Positions 10,101-23,270 of a stretch of DNA of 26,877 bases are shown here, in pieces. The translations under genes were made by a program, and so were the position numbers. Origin of the DNA: Macrostomum lignano (Eukaryota). Numbering within the stretch: position 1 is the stretch's first letter; each line of letters opens with the position of its first letter. The stretch covers positions 1-26,877 of the forward strand of contig NIVC01005077.1 in NCBI GenBank assembly GCA_002269645.1, written 5' to 3'. The notes below the pieces were generated by a model, which was given only the letters and a program-made list of their open reading frames with translations, did no database searches and was not told the DNA's origin.

Positions 10101-13100
10101 CAGCCCCATTGAGTGTCATTTCTAAGCTCTCCATTTAATTCTATATATTGACAGCGACAGGGCTAGTTAGAGATGCTGAGAGTAGCGGGCTCTGCGTCAT
10201 CTTTGCACCTGTGTATATCAGCCCCATTGAGTGTCATTTCTAAGCTCTCCATTTAATTCTATATATTGACAGCGACAGGGCTAGTTAGAGATGCTGAGAG
10301 TAGCGGGCTCTGCGTCATCTTTGCACCTGTGTATATCAGCCCCATTGAGTGTCATTTCTAAGCTCTCCATTTAATTCTATATATTGACAGCGACAGGGCT
10401 AGTTAGAGATGCTGAGAGTAGCGGGCTCTGCGTCATCTTTGCACCTGTGTATATCAGCCCCATTGAGTGTCATTTCTAAGCTCTCCATTTAATTCTATAT
10501 ATTGACAGCGACAGGGCTAGTTAGAGATGCTGAGAGTAGCGGGCTCTGCGTCATCTTTGCACCTGTGTATATCAGCCCCATTGAGTGTCATTTCTAAGCT
10601 CTCCATTTAATTCTATATATTGACAGCGACAGGGCTAGTTAGAGATGCTGAGAGTAGCGGGCTCTGCGTCATCTTTGCACCTGTGTATATCAGCCCCATT
10701 GAGTGTCATTTCTAAGCTCTCCATTTAATTCTATATATTGACAGCGACAGGGCTAGTTAGAGATGCTGAGAGTAGCGGGCTCTGCGTCATCTTTGCACCT
10801 GTGTATATCAGCCCCATTGAGTGTCATTTCTAAGCTCTCCATTTAATTCTATATATTGACAGCGACAGGGCTAGTTAGAGATGCTGAGAGTAGCGGGCTC
10901 TGCGTCATCTTTGCACCTGTGTATATCAGCCCCATTGAGTGTCATTTCTAAGCTCTCCATTTAATTCTATATATTGACAGCGACAGGGCTAGTTAGAGAT
11001 GCTGAGAGTAGCGGGCTCTGCGTCATCTTTGCACCTGTGTATATCAGCCCCATTGAGTGTCATTTCTAAGCTCTCCATTTAATTCTATATATTGACAGCG
11101 ACAGGGCTAGTTAGAGATGCTGAGAGTAGCGGGCTCTGCGTCATCTTTGCACCTGTGTATATCAGCCCCATTGAGTGTCATTTCTAAGCTCTCCATTTAA
11201 TTCTATATATTGACAGCGACAGGGCTAGTTAGAGATGCTGAGAGTAGCGGGCTCTGCGTCATCTTTGCACCTGTGTATATCAGCCCCATTGAGTGTCATT
11301 TCTAAGCTCTCCATTTAATTCTATATATTGACAGCGACAGGGCTAGTTAGAGATGCTGAGAGTAGCGGGCTCTGCGTCATCTTTGCACCTGTGTATATCA
11401 GCCCCATTGAGTGTCATTTCTAAGCTCTCCATTTAATTCTATATATTGACAGCGACAGGGCTAGTTAGAGATGCTGAGAGTAGCGGGCTCTGCGTCATCT
11501 TTGCACCTGTGTATATCAGCCCCATTGAGTGTCATTTCTAAGCTCTCCATTTAATTCTATATATTGACAGCGACAGGGCTAGTTAGAGATGCTGAGAGTA
11601 GCGGGCTCTGCGTCATCTTTGCACCTGTGTATATCAGCCCCATTGAGTGTCATTTCTAAGCTCTCCATTTAATTCTATATATTGACAGCGACAGGGCTAG
11701 TTAGAGATGCTGAGAGTAGCGGGCTCTGCGTCATCTTTGCACCTGTGTATATCAGCCCCATTGAGTGTCATTTCTAAGCTCTCCATTTAATTCTATATAT
11801 TGACAGCGACAGGGCTAGTTAGAGATGCTGAGAGTAGCGGGCTCTGCGTCATCTTTGCACCTGTGTATATCAGCCCCATTGAGTGTCATTTCTAAGCTCT
11901 CCATTTAATTCTATATATTGACAGCGACAGGGCTAGTTAGAGATGCTGAGAGTAGCGGGCTCTGCGTCATCTTTGCACCTGTGTATATCAGCCCCATTGA
12001 GTGTCATTTCTAAGCTCTCCATTTAATTCTATATATTGACAGCGACAGGGCTAGTTAGAGATGCTGAGAGTAGCGGGCTCTGCGTCATCTTTGCACCTGT
12101 GTATATCAGCCCCATTGAGTGTCATTTCTAAGCTCTCCATTTAATTCTATATATTGACAGCGACAGGGCTAGTTAGAGATGCTGAGAGTAGCGGGCTCTG
12201 CGTCATCTTTGCACCTGTGTATATCAGCCCCATTGAGTGTCATTTCTAAGCTCTCCATTTAATTCTATATATTGACAGCGACAGGGCTAGTTAGAGATGC
12301 TGAGAGTAGCGGGCTCTGCGTCATCTTTGCACCTGTGTATATCAGCCCCATTGAGTGTCATTTCTAAGCTCTCCATTTAATTCTATATATTGACAGCGAC
12401 AGGGCTAGTTAGAGATGCTGAGAGTAGCGGGCTCTGCGTCATCTTTGCACCTGTGTATATCAGCCCCATTGAGTGTCATTTCTAAGCTCTCCATTTAATT
12501 CTATATATTGACAGCGACAGGGCTAGTTAGAGATGCTGAGAGTAGCGGGCTCTGCGTCATCTTTGCACCTGTGTATATCAGCCCCATTGAGTGTCATTTC
12601 TAAGCTCTCCATTTAATTCTATATATTGACAGCGACAGGGCTAGTTAGAGATGCTGAGAGTAGCGGGCTCTGCGTCATCTTTGCACCTGTGTATATCAGC
12701 CCCATTGAGTGTCATTTCTAAGCTCTCCATTTAATTCTATATATTGACAGCGACAGGGCTAGTTAGAGATGCTGAGAGTAGCGGGCTCTGCGTCATCTTT
12801 GCACCTGTGTATATCAGCCCCATTGAGTGTCATTTCTAAGCTCTCCATTTAATTCTATATATTGACAGCGACAGGGCTAGTTAGAGATGCTGAGAGTAGC
12901 GGGCTCTGCGTCATCTTTGCACCTGTGTATATCAGCCCCATTGAGTGTCATTTCTAAGCTCTCCATTTAATTCTATATATTGACAGCGACAGGGCTAGTT
13001 AGAGATGCTGAGAGTAGCGGGCTCTGCGTCATCTTTGCACCTGTGTATATCAGCCCCATTGAGTGTCATTTCTAAGCTCTCCATTTAATTCTATATATTG

Positions 13101-16100
13101 ACAGCGACAGGGCTAGTTAGAGATGCTGAGAGTAGCGGGCTCTGCGTCATCTTTGCACCTGTGTATATCAGCCCCATTGAGTGTCATTTCTAAGCTCTCC
13201 ATTTAATTCTATATATTGACAGCGACAGGGCTAGTTAGAGATGCTGAGAGTAGCGGGCTCTGCGTCATCTTTGCACCTGTGTATATCAGCCCCATTGAGT
13301 GTCATTTCTAAGCTCTCCATTTAATTCTATATATTGACAGCGACAGGGCTAGTTAGAGATGCTGAGAGTAGCGGGCTCTGCGTCATCTTTGCACCTGTGT
13401 ATATCAGCCCCATTGAGTGTCATTTCTAAGCTCTCCATTTAATTCTATATATTGACAGCGACAGGGCTAGTTAGAGATGCTGAGAGTAGCGGGCTCTGCG
13501 TCATCTTTGCACCTGTGTATATCAGCCCCATTGAGTGTCATTTCTAAGCTCTCCATTTAATTCTATATATTGACAGCGACAGGGCTAGTTAGAGATGCTG
13601 AGAGTAGCGGGCTCTGCGTCATCTTTGCACCTGTGTATATCAGCCCCATTGAGTGTCATTTCTAAGCTCTCCATTTAATTCTATATATTGACAGCGACAG
13701 GGCTAGTTAGAGATGCTGAGAGTAGCGGGCTCTGCGTCATCTTTGCACCTGTGTATATCAGCCCCATTGAGTGTCATTTCTAAGCTCTCCATTTAATTCT
13801 ATATATTGACAGCGACAGGGCTAGTTAGAGATGCTGAGAGTAGCGGGCTCTGCGTCATCTTTGCACCTGTGTATATCAGCCCCATTGAGTGTCATTTCTA
13901 AGCTCTCCATTTAATTCTATATATTGACAGCGACAGGGCTAGTTAGAGATGCTGAGAGTAGCGGGCTCTGCGTCATCTTTGCACCTGTGTATATCAGCCC
14001 CATTGAGTGTCATTTCTAAGCTCTCCATTTAATTCTATATATTGACAGCGACAGGGCTAGTTAGAGATGCTGAGAGTAGCGGGCTCTGCGTCATCTTTGC
14101 ACCTGTGTATATCAGCCCCATTGAGTGTCATTTCTAAGCTCTCCATTTAATTCTATATATTGACAGCGACAGGGCTAGTTAGAGATGCTGAGAGTAGCGG
14201 GCTCTGCGTCATCTTTGCACCTGTGTATATCAGCCCCATTGAGTGTCATTTCTAAGCTCTCCATTTAATTCTATATATTGACAGCGACAGGGCTAGTTAG
14301 AGATGCTGAGAGTAGCGGGCTCTGCGTCATCTTTGCACCTGTGTATATCAGCCCCATTGAGTGTCATTTCTAAGCTCTCCATTTAATTCTATATATTGAC
14401 AGCGACAGGGCTAGTTAGAGATGCTGAGAGTAGCGGGCTCTGCGTCATCTTTGCACCTGTGTATATCAGCCCCATTGAGTGTCATTTCTAAGCTCTCCAT
14501 TTAATTCTATATATTGACAGCGACAGGGCTAGTTAGAGATGCTGAGAGTAGCGGGCTCTGCGTCATCTTTGCACCTGTGTATATCAGCCCCATTGAGTGT
14601 CATTTCTAAGCTCTCCATTTAATTCTATATATTGACAGCGACAGGGCTAGTTAGAGATGCTGAGAGTAGCGGGCTCTGCGTCATCTTTGCACCTGTGTAT
14701 ATCAGCCCCATTGAGTGTCATTTCTAAGCTCTCCATTTAATTCTATATATTGACAGCGACAGGGCTAGTTAGAGATGCTGAGAGTAGCGGGCTCTGCGTC
14801 ATCTTTGCACCTGTGTATATCAGCCCCATTGAGTGTCATTTCTAAGCTCTCCATTTAATTCTATATATTGACAGCGACAGGGCTAGTTAGAGATGCTGAG
14901 AGTAGCGGGCTCTGCGTCATCTTTGCACCTGTGTATATCAGCCCCATTGAGTGTCATTTCTAAGCTCTCCATTTAATTCTATATATTGACAGCGACAGGG
15001 CTAGTTAGAGATGCTGAGAGTAGCGGGCTCTGCGTCATCTTTGCACCTGTGTATATCAGCCCCATTGAGTGTCATTTCTAAGCTCTCCATTTAATTCTAT
15101 ATATTGACAGCGACAGGGCTAGTTAGAGATGCTGAGAGTAGCGGGCTCTGCGTCATCTTTGCACCTGTGTATATCAGCCCCATTGAGTGTCATTTCTAAG
15201 CTCTCCATTTAATTCTATATATTGACAGCGACAGGGCTAGTTAGAGATGCTGAGAGTAGCGGGCTCTGCGTCATCTTTGCACCTGTGTATATCAGCCCCA
15301 TTGAGTGTCATTTCTAAGCTCTCCATTTAATTCTATATATTGACAGCGACAGGGCTAGTTAGAGATGCTGAGAGTAGCGGGCTCTGCGTCATCTTTGCAC
15401 CTGTGTATATCAGCCCCATTGAGTGTCATTTCTAAGCTCTCCATTTAATTCTATATATTGACAGCGACAGGGCTAGTTAGAGATGCTGAGAGTAGCGGGC
15501 TCTGCGTCATCTTTGCACCTGTGTATATCAGCCCCATTGAGTGTCATTTCTAAGCTCTCCATTTAATTCTATATATTGACAGCGACAGGGCTAGTTAGAG
15601 ATGCTGAGAGTAGCGGGCTCTGCGTCATCTTTGCACCTGTGTATATCAGCCCCATTGAGTGTCATTTCTAAGCTCTCCATTTAATTCTATATATTGACAG
15701 CGACAGGGCTAGTTAGAGATGCTGAGAGTAGCGGGCTCTGCGTCATCTTTGCACCTGTGTATATCAGCCCCATTGAGTGTCATTTCTAAGCTCTCCATTT
15801 AATTCTATATATTGACAGCGACAGGGCTAGTTAGAGATGCTGAGAGTAGCGGGCTCTGCGTCATCTTTGCACCTGTGTATATCAGCCCCATTGAGTGTCA
15901 TTTCTAAGCTCTCCATTTAATTCTATATATTGACAGCGACAGGGCTAGTTAGAGATGCTGAGAGTAGCGGGCTCTGCGTCATCTTTGCACCTGTGTATAT
16001 CAGCCCCATTGAGTGTCATTTCTAAGCTCTCCATTTAATTCTATATATTGACAGCGACAGGGCTAGTTAGAGATGCTGAGAGTAGCGGGCTCTGCGTCAT

Positions 16101-19100
16101 CTTTGCACCTGTGTATATCAGCCCCATTGAGTGTCATTTCTAAGCTCTCCATTTAATTCTATATATTGACAGCGACAGGGCTAGTTAGAGATGCTGAGAG
16201 TAGCGGGCTCTGCGTCATCTTTGCACCTGTGTATATCAGCCCCATTGAGTGTCATTTCTAAGCTCTCCATTTAATTCTATATATTGACAGCGACAGGGCT
16301 AGTTAGAGATGCTGAGAGTAGCGGGCTCTGCGTCATCTTTGCACCTGTGTATATCAGCCCCATTGAGTGTCATTTCTAAGCTCTCCATTTAATTCTATAT
16401 ATTGACAGCGACAGGGCTAGTTAGAGATGCTGAGAGTAGCGGGCTCTGCGTCATCTTTGCACCTGTGTATATCAGCCCCATTGAGTGTCATTTCTAAGCT
16501 CTCCATTTAATTCTATATATTGACAGCGACAGGGCTAGTTAGAGATGCTGAGAGTAGCGGGCTCTGCGTCATCTTTGCACCTGTGTATATCAGCCCCATT
16601 GAGTGTCATTTCTAAGCTCTCCATTTAATTCTATATATTGACAGCGACAGGGCTAGTTAGAGATGCTGAGAGTAGCGGGCTCTGCGTCATCTTTGCACCT
16701 GTGTATATCAGCCCCATTGAGTGTCATTTCTAAGCTCTCCATTTAATTCTATATATTGACAGCGACAGGGCTAGTTAGAGATGCTGAGAGTAGCGGGCTC
16801 TGCGTCATCTTTGCACCTGTGTATATCAGCCCCATTGAGTGTCATTTCTAAGCTCTCCATTTAATTCTATATATTGACAGCGACAGGGCTAGTTAGAGAT
16901 GCTGAGAGTAGCGGGCTCTGCGTCATCTTTGCACCTGTGTATATCAGCCCCATTGAGTGTCATTTCTAAGCTCTCCATTTAATTCTATATATTGACAGCG
17001 ACAGGGCTAGTTAGAGATGCTGAGAGTAGCGGGCTCTGCGTCATCTTTGCACCTGTGTATATCAGCCCCATTGAGTGTCATTTCTAAGCTCTCCATTTAA
17101 TTCTATATATTGACAGCGACAGGGCTAGTTAGAGATGCTGAGAGTAGCGGGCTCTGCGTCATCTTTGCACCTGTGTATATCAGCCCCATTGAGTGTCATT
17201 TCTAAGCTCTCCATTTAATTCTATATATTGACAGCGACAGGGCTAGTTAGAGATGCTGAGAGTAGCGGGCTCTGCGTCATCTTTGCACCTGTGTATATCA
17301 GCCCCATTGAGTGTCATTTCTAAGCTCTCCATTTAATTCTATATATTGACAGCGACAGGGCTAGTTAGAGATGCTGAGAGTAGCGGGCTCTGCGTCATCT
17401 TTGCACCTGTGTATATCAGCCCCATTGAGTGTCATTTCTAAGCTCTCCATTTAATTCTATATATTGACAGCGACAGGGCTAGTTAGAGATGCTGAGAGTA
17501 GCGGGCTCTGCGTCATCTTTGCACCTGTGTATATCAGCCCCATTGAGTGTCATTTCTAAGCTCTCCATTTAATTCTATATATTGACAGCGACAGGGCTAG
17601 TTAGAGATGCTGAGAGTAGCGGGCTCTGCGTCATCTTTGCACCTGTGTATATCAGCCCCATTGAGTGTCATTTCTAAGCTCTCCATTTAATTCTATATAT
17701 TGACAGCGACAGGGCTAGTTAGAGATGCTGAGAGTAGCGGGCTCTGCGTCATCTTTGCACCTGTGTATATCAGCCCCATTGAGTGTCATTTCTAAGCTCT
17801 CCATTTAATTCTATATATTGACAGCGACAGGGCTAGTTAGAGATGCTGAGAGTAGCGGGCTCTGCGTCATCTTTGCACCTGTGTATATCAGCCCCATTGA
17901 GTGTCATTTCTAAGCTCTCCATTTAATTCTATATATTGACAGCGACAGGGCTAGTTAGAGATGCTGAGAGTAGCGGGCTCTGCGTCATCTTTGCACCTGT
18001 GTATATCAGCCCCATTGAGTGTCATTTCTAAGCTCTCCATTTAATTCTATATATTGACAGCGACAGGGCTAGTTAGAGATGCTGAGAGTAGCGGGCTCTG
18101 CGTCATCTTTGCACCTGTGTATATCAGCCCCATTGAGTGTCATTTCTAAGCTCTCCATTTAATTCTATATATTGACAGCGACAGGGCTAGTTAGAGATGC
18201 TGAGAGTAGCGGGCTCTGCGTCATCTTTGCACCTGTGTATATCAGCCCCATTGAGTGTCATTTCTAAGCTCTCCATTTAATTCTATATATTGACAGCGAC
18301 AGGGCTAGTTAGAGATGCTGAGAGTAGCGGGCTCTGCGTCATCTTTGCACCTGTGTATATCAGCCCCATTGAGTGTCATTTCTAAGCTCTCCATTTAATT
18401 CTATATATTGACAGCGACAGGGCTAGTTAGAGATGCTGAGAGTAGCGGGCTCTGCGTCATCTTTGCACCTGTGTATATCAGCCCCATTGAGTGTCATTTC
18501 TAAGCTCTCCATTTAATTCTATATATTGACAGCGACAGGGCTAGTTAGAGATGCTGAGAGTAGCGGGCTCTGCGTCATCTTTGCACCTGTGTATATCAGC
18601 CCCATTGAGTGTCATTTCTAAGCTCTCCATTTAATTCTATATATTGACAGCGACAGGGCTAGTTAGAGATGCTGAGAGTAGCGGGCTCTGCGTCATCTTT
18701 GCACCTGTGTATATCAGCCCCATTGAGTGTCATTTCTAAGCTCTCCATTTAATTCTATATATTGACAGCGACAGGGCTAGTTAGAGATGCTGAGAGTAGC
18801 GGGCTCTGCGTCATCTTTGCACCTGTGTATATCAGCCCCATTGAGTGTCATTTCTAAGCTCTCCATTTAATTCTATATATTGACAGCGACAGGGCTAGTT
18901 AGAGATGCTGAGAGTAGCGGGCTCTGCGTCATCTTTGCACCTGTGTATATCAGCCCCATTGAGTGTCATTTCTAAGCTCTCCATTTAATTCTATATATTG
19001 ACAGCGACAGGGCTAGTTAGAGATGCTGAGAGTAGCGGGCTCTGCGTCATCTTTGCACCTGTGTATATCAGCCCCATTGAGTGTCATTTCTAAGCTCTCC

Positions 19101-19832
19101 ATTTAATTCTATATATTGACAGCGACAGGGCTAGTTAGAGATGCTGAGAGTAGCGGGCTCTGCGTCATCTTTGCACCTGTGTATATCAGCCCCATTGAGT
19201 GTCATTTCTAAGCTCTCCATTTAATTCTATATATTGACAGCGACAGGGCTAGTTAGAGATGCTGAGAGTAGCGGGCTCTGCGTCATCTTTGCACCTGTGT
19301 ATATCAGCCCCATTGAGTGTCATTTCTAAGCTCTCCATTTAATTCTATATATTGACAGCGACAGGGCTAGTTAGAGATGCTGAGAGTAGCGGGCTCTGCG
19401 TCATCTTTGCACCTGTGTATATCAGCCCCATTGAGTGTCATTTCTAAGCTCTCCATTTAATTCTATATATTGACAGCGACAGGGCTAGTTAGAGATGCTG
19501 AGAGTAGCGGGCTCTGCGTCATCTTTGCACCTGTGTATATCAGCCCCATTGAGTGTCATTTCTAAGCTCTCCATTTAATTCTATATATTGACAGCGACAG
19601 GGCTAGTTAGAGATGCTGAGAGTAGCGGGCTCTGCGTCATCTTTGCACCTGTGTATATCAGCCCCATTGAGTGTCATTTCTAAGCTCTCCATTTAATTCT
19701 ATATATTGACAGCGACAGGGCTAGTTAGAGATGCTGAGAGTAGCGGGCTCTGCGTCATCTTTGCACCTGTGTATATCAGCCCCATTGAGTGTCATTTCTA
19801 AGCTCTCCATTTAATTCTATATATTGACAGCG
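7134..19832. repeat. Satellite-like tandem array of a 118-bp unit, 107.6 copies, essentially invariant
   Basis: Unit: tttgcacctgtgtatatcagccccattgagtgtcatttctaagctctccatttaattctatatattgacagcg (73 bp) + acagggctagttagagatgctgagagtagcgggctctgcgtcatc (45 bp). Period 118 (ctttgcacct at 7251 and 7369). Lines starting at 7201, 10741, 14281 and 17821 are identical (30 units = 3540 bp), so there is no net indel. Length is 12699 = 107x118+73. The only variant I noticed is T>C at 7144 in the first copy. Confidence 0.99.
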
Positions 19833-20632
19833 CCGCTATAGTTTAAATCCATGTTTGAATTTACTGCGCTCGTACATTTTAACTTATACTTGATATTGAC
19901 AGGTTAGCTCAGAAATATTTCGCCAGCTTCTTTAGTAATGGCTTTTTATCAAAATACAATTGGGCTTTGCTTTTACTTTTGGTTTGGTCACCTGCTGTGA
20001 GCGTTCCACTTTTTATCTATATATTGTTTTGTATTATGCACAGCGGTTTGTTTGGAGGTGTGTTTCGCGCTTTTCTCGATCTTTCCACTGTAGCTGGATT
20101 TTGAGTAAAGATAAGAATCGCAGTTCTCACGATTGCTTAAAAGCAAATACGTGCTCTGGGTATGCTCAAGATTGCGCAATGCTCGGTGACAGTGATGGGT
20201 GGTTCATGGTGGAAGACACCTATCTAAGCAAATTTGTTGCACCAAACTTATGATTGCGCCATTATCGTAAAGAATAGTGTCAAGCAGTTCCAAATATGTA
20301 AAATTGTAAACTTTATTTAGTCACCAAAGTGGAGTTAAGATTGCAACCAATGAAATTTTATCTACTCTTTGATTTGTTGATGACTGACTTCATCCTAATT
20401 TTTGAGCATATACGTCTTTTTCTTGCATATTTAATCTATTTCTCGAATTTCTATTTTGCATCATTCATTTAATTCCTATCCAATTCATTGTGTGTCATTT
20501 ATTTGTTATCCACTGCCCACTGTATATTGACAGCAGCGGATCTCACAGAGCTACTCAATGAATTGAAAATGCAGAAATAACTGAGTATTCGAAACCCAAA
20601 CTGGATTAGGGTCGATCAGTGAGTCTGGCTGT

Positions 20633-20680
20633 GAGGCTGTGAATGAGGCAGTGAATGAGGCTGTGAATGAGGCTGTGAAT
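20633..20680. repeat. 12-bp tandem repeat (GAGGCTGTGAAT) x4
   Basis: Four copies, one with GCA for GCT; followed by GTGAGT. Confidence 0.9.
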
Positions 20681-21000
20681 GTGAGTGGGGCATATTGTAC
20701 CTAATGTATGTTTCATGCTGGTTAATGCGCATGTTTCATTTTGAATCAAAGTAATTTGGTGTCAAAATGAGTCACTACTGAAATGAAGCAGTCCACCCCT
20801 TCGAGTCTAAAAGCATAGTGGATTTGACACGTACTATGAACGTGAAATATTTTGACCACCCCATTCCGAACCAATGAAAATTAGAGTGAACTTGTTGATG
20901 TCAAACTGCCGCTTCATATAAAATGGGACTTCAGTTGGCCTTTCAAAAAGCCAGATTTCTATTTGTCAATTAATTTCATTTTTTCAATAAATTAACCCAA

Positions 21001-21123
21001 ATGTCCAAACAATTGGAGTTCATAAAACAGCTGATAAGCCGCAAAGGCAAATGCTATGACGTCGCTAAGCGGCAAAAGTCGTTTGAGAAAGAGCTCGCCG
21101 CGTCTGATCGATTCCAGTTAATG
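21001..21123 (+). CDS. Putative coding exon 1 (or internal exon from the AG at 21029-21030) of an unidentified gene
   Basis: The frame is open from ATG 21001: MSKQLEFIKQLISRKGKCYDVAKRQKSFEKELAASDRFQLM. It ends exactly at a consensus donor ATG|GTAAGT (21124-21129), phase 0. No family recognised. Confidence 0.45.
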
Positions 21124-21150
21124 GTAAGTGAAGGTGAAGAGCAATATTTT

Positions 21151-22351
21151 TACCAATAACTGCCCTGTCTCTACCATTCTACCCTGTCTCTACCATTCTA
21201 CCCTGTCTCTACCATTCTGCCCTGTCTCTACCATTCTACCCTGTCTCTACCATTCTGCCCTGTCTCTACCATTCTGCCCTTTCTCTACCATTCTGCCCTG
21301 TCTCTACCATTCTACCCTTTCTCTACCATTCTGCCCTGTCTCTACCATTCTGCCCTGTCTCTACCATTCTACCCTTTCTCTACCATTCTGCCCTGTCTCT
21401 ACCATTCTACCCTGTCTCTACCATTCTGCCCTGTCTCTACCATTCTACCCTGTCTCTACCATTCTGCCCTGTCTCTACCATTCTACCCTGTCTCTACCAT
21501 TCTGCCCTGTCTCTACCATTCTGCCCTTTCTCTACCATTCTGCCCTGTCTCTACCATTCTGCCCTGTCTCTACCATTCTGCCCTGTCTCTACCATTCTGC
21601 CCTGTCTCTACCATTCTGCCCTGTCTCTACCATACTGCCCTGTCTCTACCATTCTGCCCTTTCTCTACCATTCTGCCCTGTCTCTACCATTCTGCCCTGT
21701 CTCTACCATTCTGCCCTGTCTCTACCATTCTGCCCTGTCTCTACCATTCTGCCCTGTCTCTACCATTCTGCCCTGTCTCTACCATTCTGCCCTGTCTCTA
21801 CCATACTGCCCTGTCTCTACCATTCTGCCCTTTCTCTACCATTCTGCCCTGTCTCTACCATTCTGCCCTGTCTCTACCATTCTGCCCTGTCTCTACCATT
21901 CTGCCCTGTCTCTACCATTCTGCCCTGTCTCTACCATTCTGCCCTGTCTCTACCATACTGCCCTGTTTCTACCATACTGCCCTGTCTCTACCATTCTGCC
22001 CTGTCTCTACCATTCTGCCCTTTCTCTACCATTCTGCCCTGTCTCTACCATTCTGCCCTGTCTCTACCATTCTGCCCTGTCTCTACCATTCTGCCCTGTC
22101 TCTACCATTCTGCCCTTTCTCTACCAATAACTGCCCTGTCTCTACCATTCTGCCCTGTCTCTACCAATAACTGCCCTGTCTCTACCATTCTGCCCTATCT
22201 CTACCATTCTGCCCTGTCTCTACCATTCTGCCCTGTCTCTACCATTCTGCCCTGTCTCTACCATTCTGCCCTTTCTCTACCAATAACTGCCCTGTCTCTA
22301 CCAATAACTGCCCTGTCTCTACCATTCTGCCCTGTCTCTACCAATAACTGC
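21151..22351. repeat. Pyrimidine-rich 19-bp minisatellite (CTGCCCTGTCTCTACCATT)n, ~63 copies
   Basis: The unit is visible directly. It starts and ends with the variant taccaataactgc (21151-21163 and 22339-22351). Confidence 0.97.
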
Positions 22352-22366
22352 AATTTCTCTACTCAG

Positions 22367-22516
22367 ACCGATGCGTCACAGCCCGGATCAGCTGAGCAGC
22401 CGCCCACCGCAGCCCAGCAGCCGCCCGGCCCAGCTGAGCGGCCCAAGTCGCATGCCGGCAGGAGTACATTTGCCCATTCGGTGACTGCCTACCAATGCAC
22501 TATTTCAACATGCTAA
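22367..22516 (+). CDS. Putative coding exon 2 of the unidentified gene (P/Q/A-rich)
   Basis: The acceptor tttctctactcag ends at 22366, followed by an abrupt GC-rich segment. A phase-0 join to 21123 gives TDASQPGSAEQPPTAAQQPPGPAERPKSHAGRSTFAHS. The exon either runs to TAA at 22514-22516 or splices at TCG|GTGACT (22481). Confidence 0.45.
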   Translation, partial: TDASQPGSAEQPPTAAQQPPGPAERPKSHAGRSTFAHSVTAYQCTISTC

Positions 22517-22949
22517 TATAACTATTTTCTAACATGTGAAACATGTAAAGATAATATAATATTTGAAAACTTATTAATTATAACTAAAATTCGTATGCAC
22601 ATAAAATATAATTATAAAATTTGCAAGTAAATAATATATATAACTAAAATAGCTGGACTTGTGTCTAATGCGATTTATTTGAAACCCTTTGGAGCTGCGA
22701 TCGAATTATTTTCGCATTTCTACTATTAGTAGCATGTAATGCAAAATTTATAGTTTTTTGCGAAACTTTTATGTGTCATATTTCGAAATATTCTGGTCGG
22801 ATATATTTTTTTGGAGTGTCATATCTGTGATGTGGCCTGTCGGGTATCCCCTACGATGTGCGTCATTTCTTTGTTTTGGGTCATCACTGATAACATAGGG
22901 AGAATTCGGTAACAAAGTAATCCAATGAAAGCCTGAACGGGGCTGAAGT

Positions 22950-23260
22950 GAGCTGTGCAAAATCAGCTTATTCTGACTTTGCTTTTTGGATCTACAAGTA
23001 TTGATAAAATTTAGATCTATTTTTCTCCATCCTTTAGACACACAGACTTTCAATATTGATTAGGAGTTGTCAAAAATGAAGCGGACTTTAATTGGGTACA
23101 CAAACCATAGATCGTGTCAGTTTTGAAGCAACTCTGTCAAAATTGAATCGGACTTTGCAGCCCAACCAGTCAGGCTATTTTAGTCTCTGTGTGTTTAAAG
23201 GATCGAGAAAAATAAATTTTATCAGTACTTGTAGATCCAAAAAGCAAAGTAGCACAGCTC
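22950..23260. repeat. Imperfect foldback inverted repeat (arms ~22950-23046 and ~23186-23260, spacer ~139 bp); possible MITE-like relic
   Basis: The reverse complement of 22976-23046 aligns to 23186-23250 with about 3 substitutions and a 6-bp indel. gagctgtgc (22950-22958) also pairs with gcacagctc (23252-23260). Confidence 0.85.
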
Positions 23261-23270
23261 CCTTGCGGGG

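Noticed and set aside
7134-19832. CRISPR array (73-bp 'repeat' + 45-bp 'spacer')
   Set aside because: All spacers are identical, there are no cas genes, and the context is eukaryotic with spliceosomal introns.
19960-20253. 97-aa + ORF and 63-aa - ORF
   Set aside because: The + ORF has a non-ATG start, neither has a recognisable motif, and there is no supporting splice structure.
20534-20686. Coding exon containing (EAVN)4 ending at a GTGAGT donor
   Set aside because: In-frame stops lie between the candidate acceptor at 20533 and the repeat (TGA at 20564 and 20582).
21128-22516. 462-aa Cys/Pro/Leu-rich protein
   Set aside because: It is a translation of a stop-free 19-bp minisatellite cycling through frames. 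The splice signals indicate the repeat is intronic.
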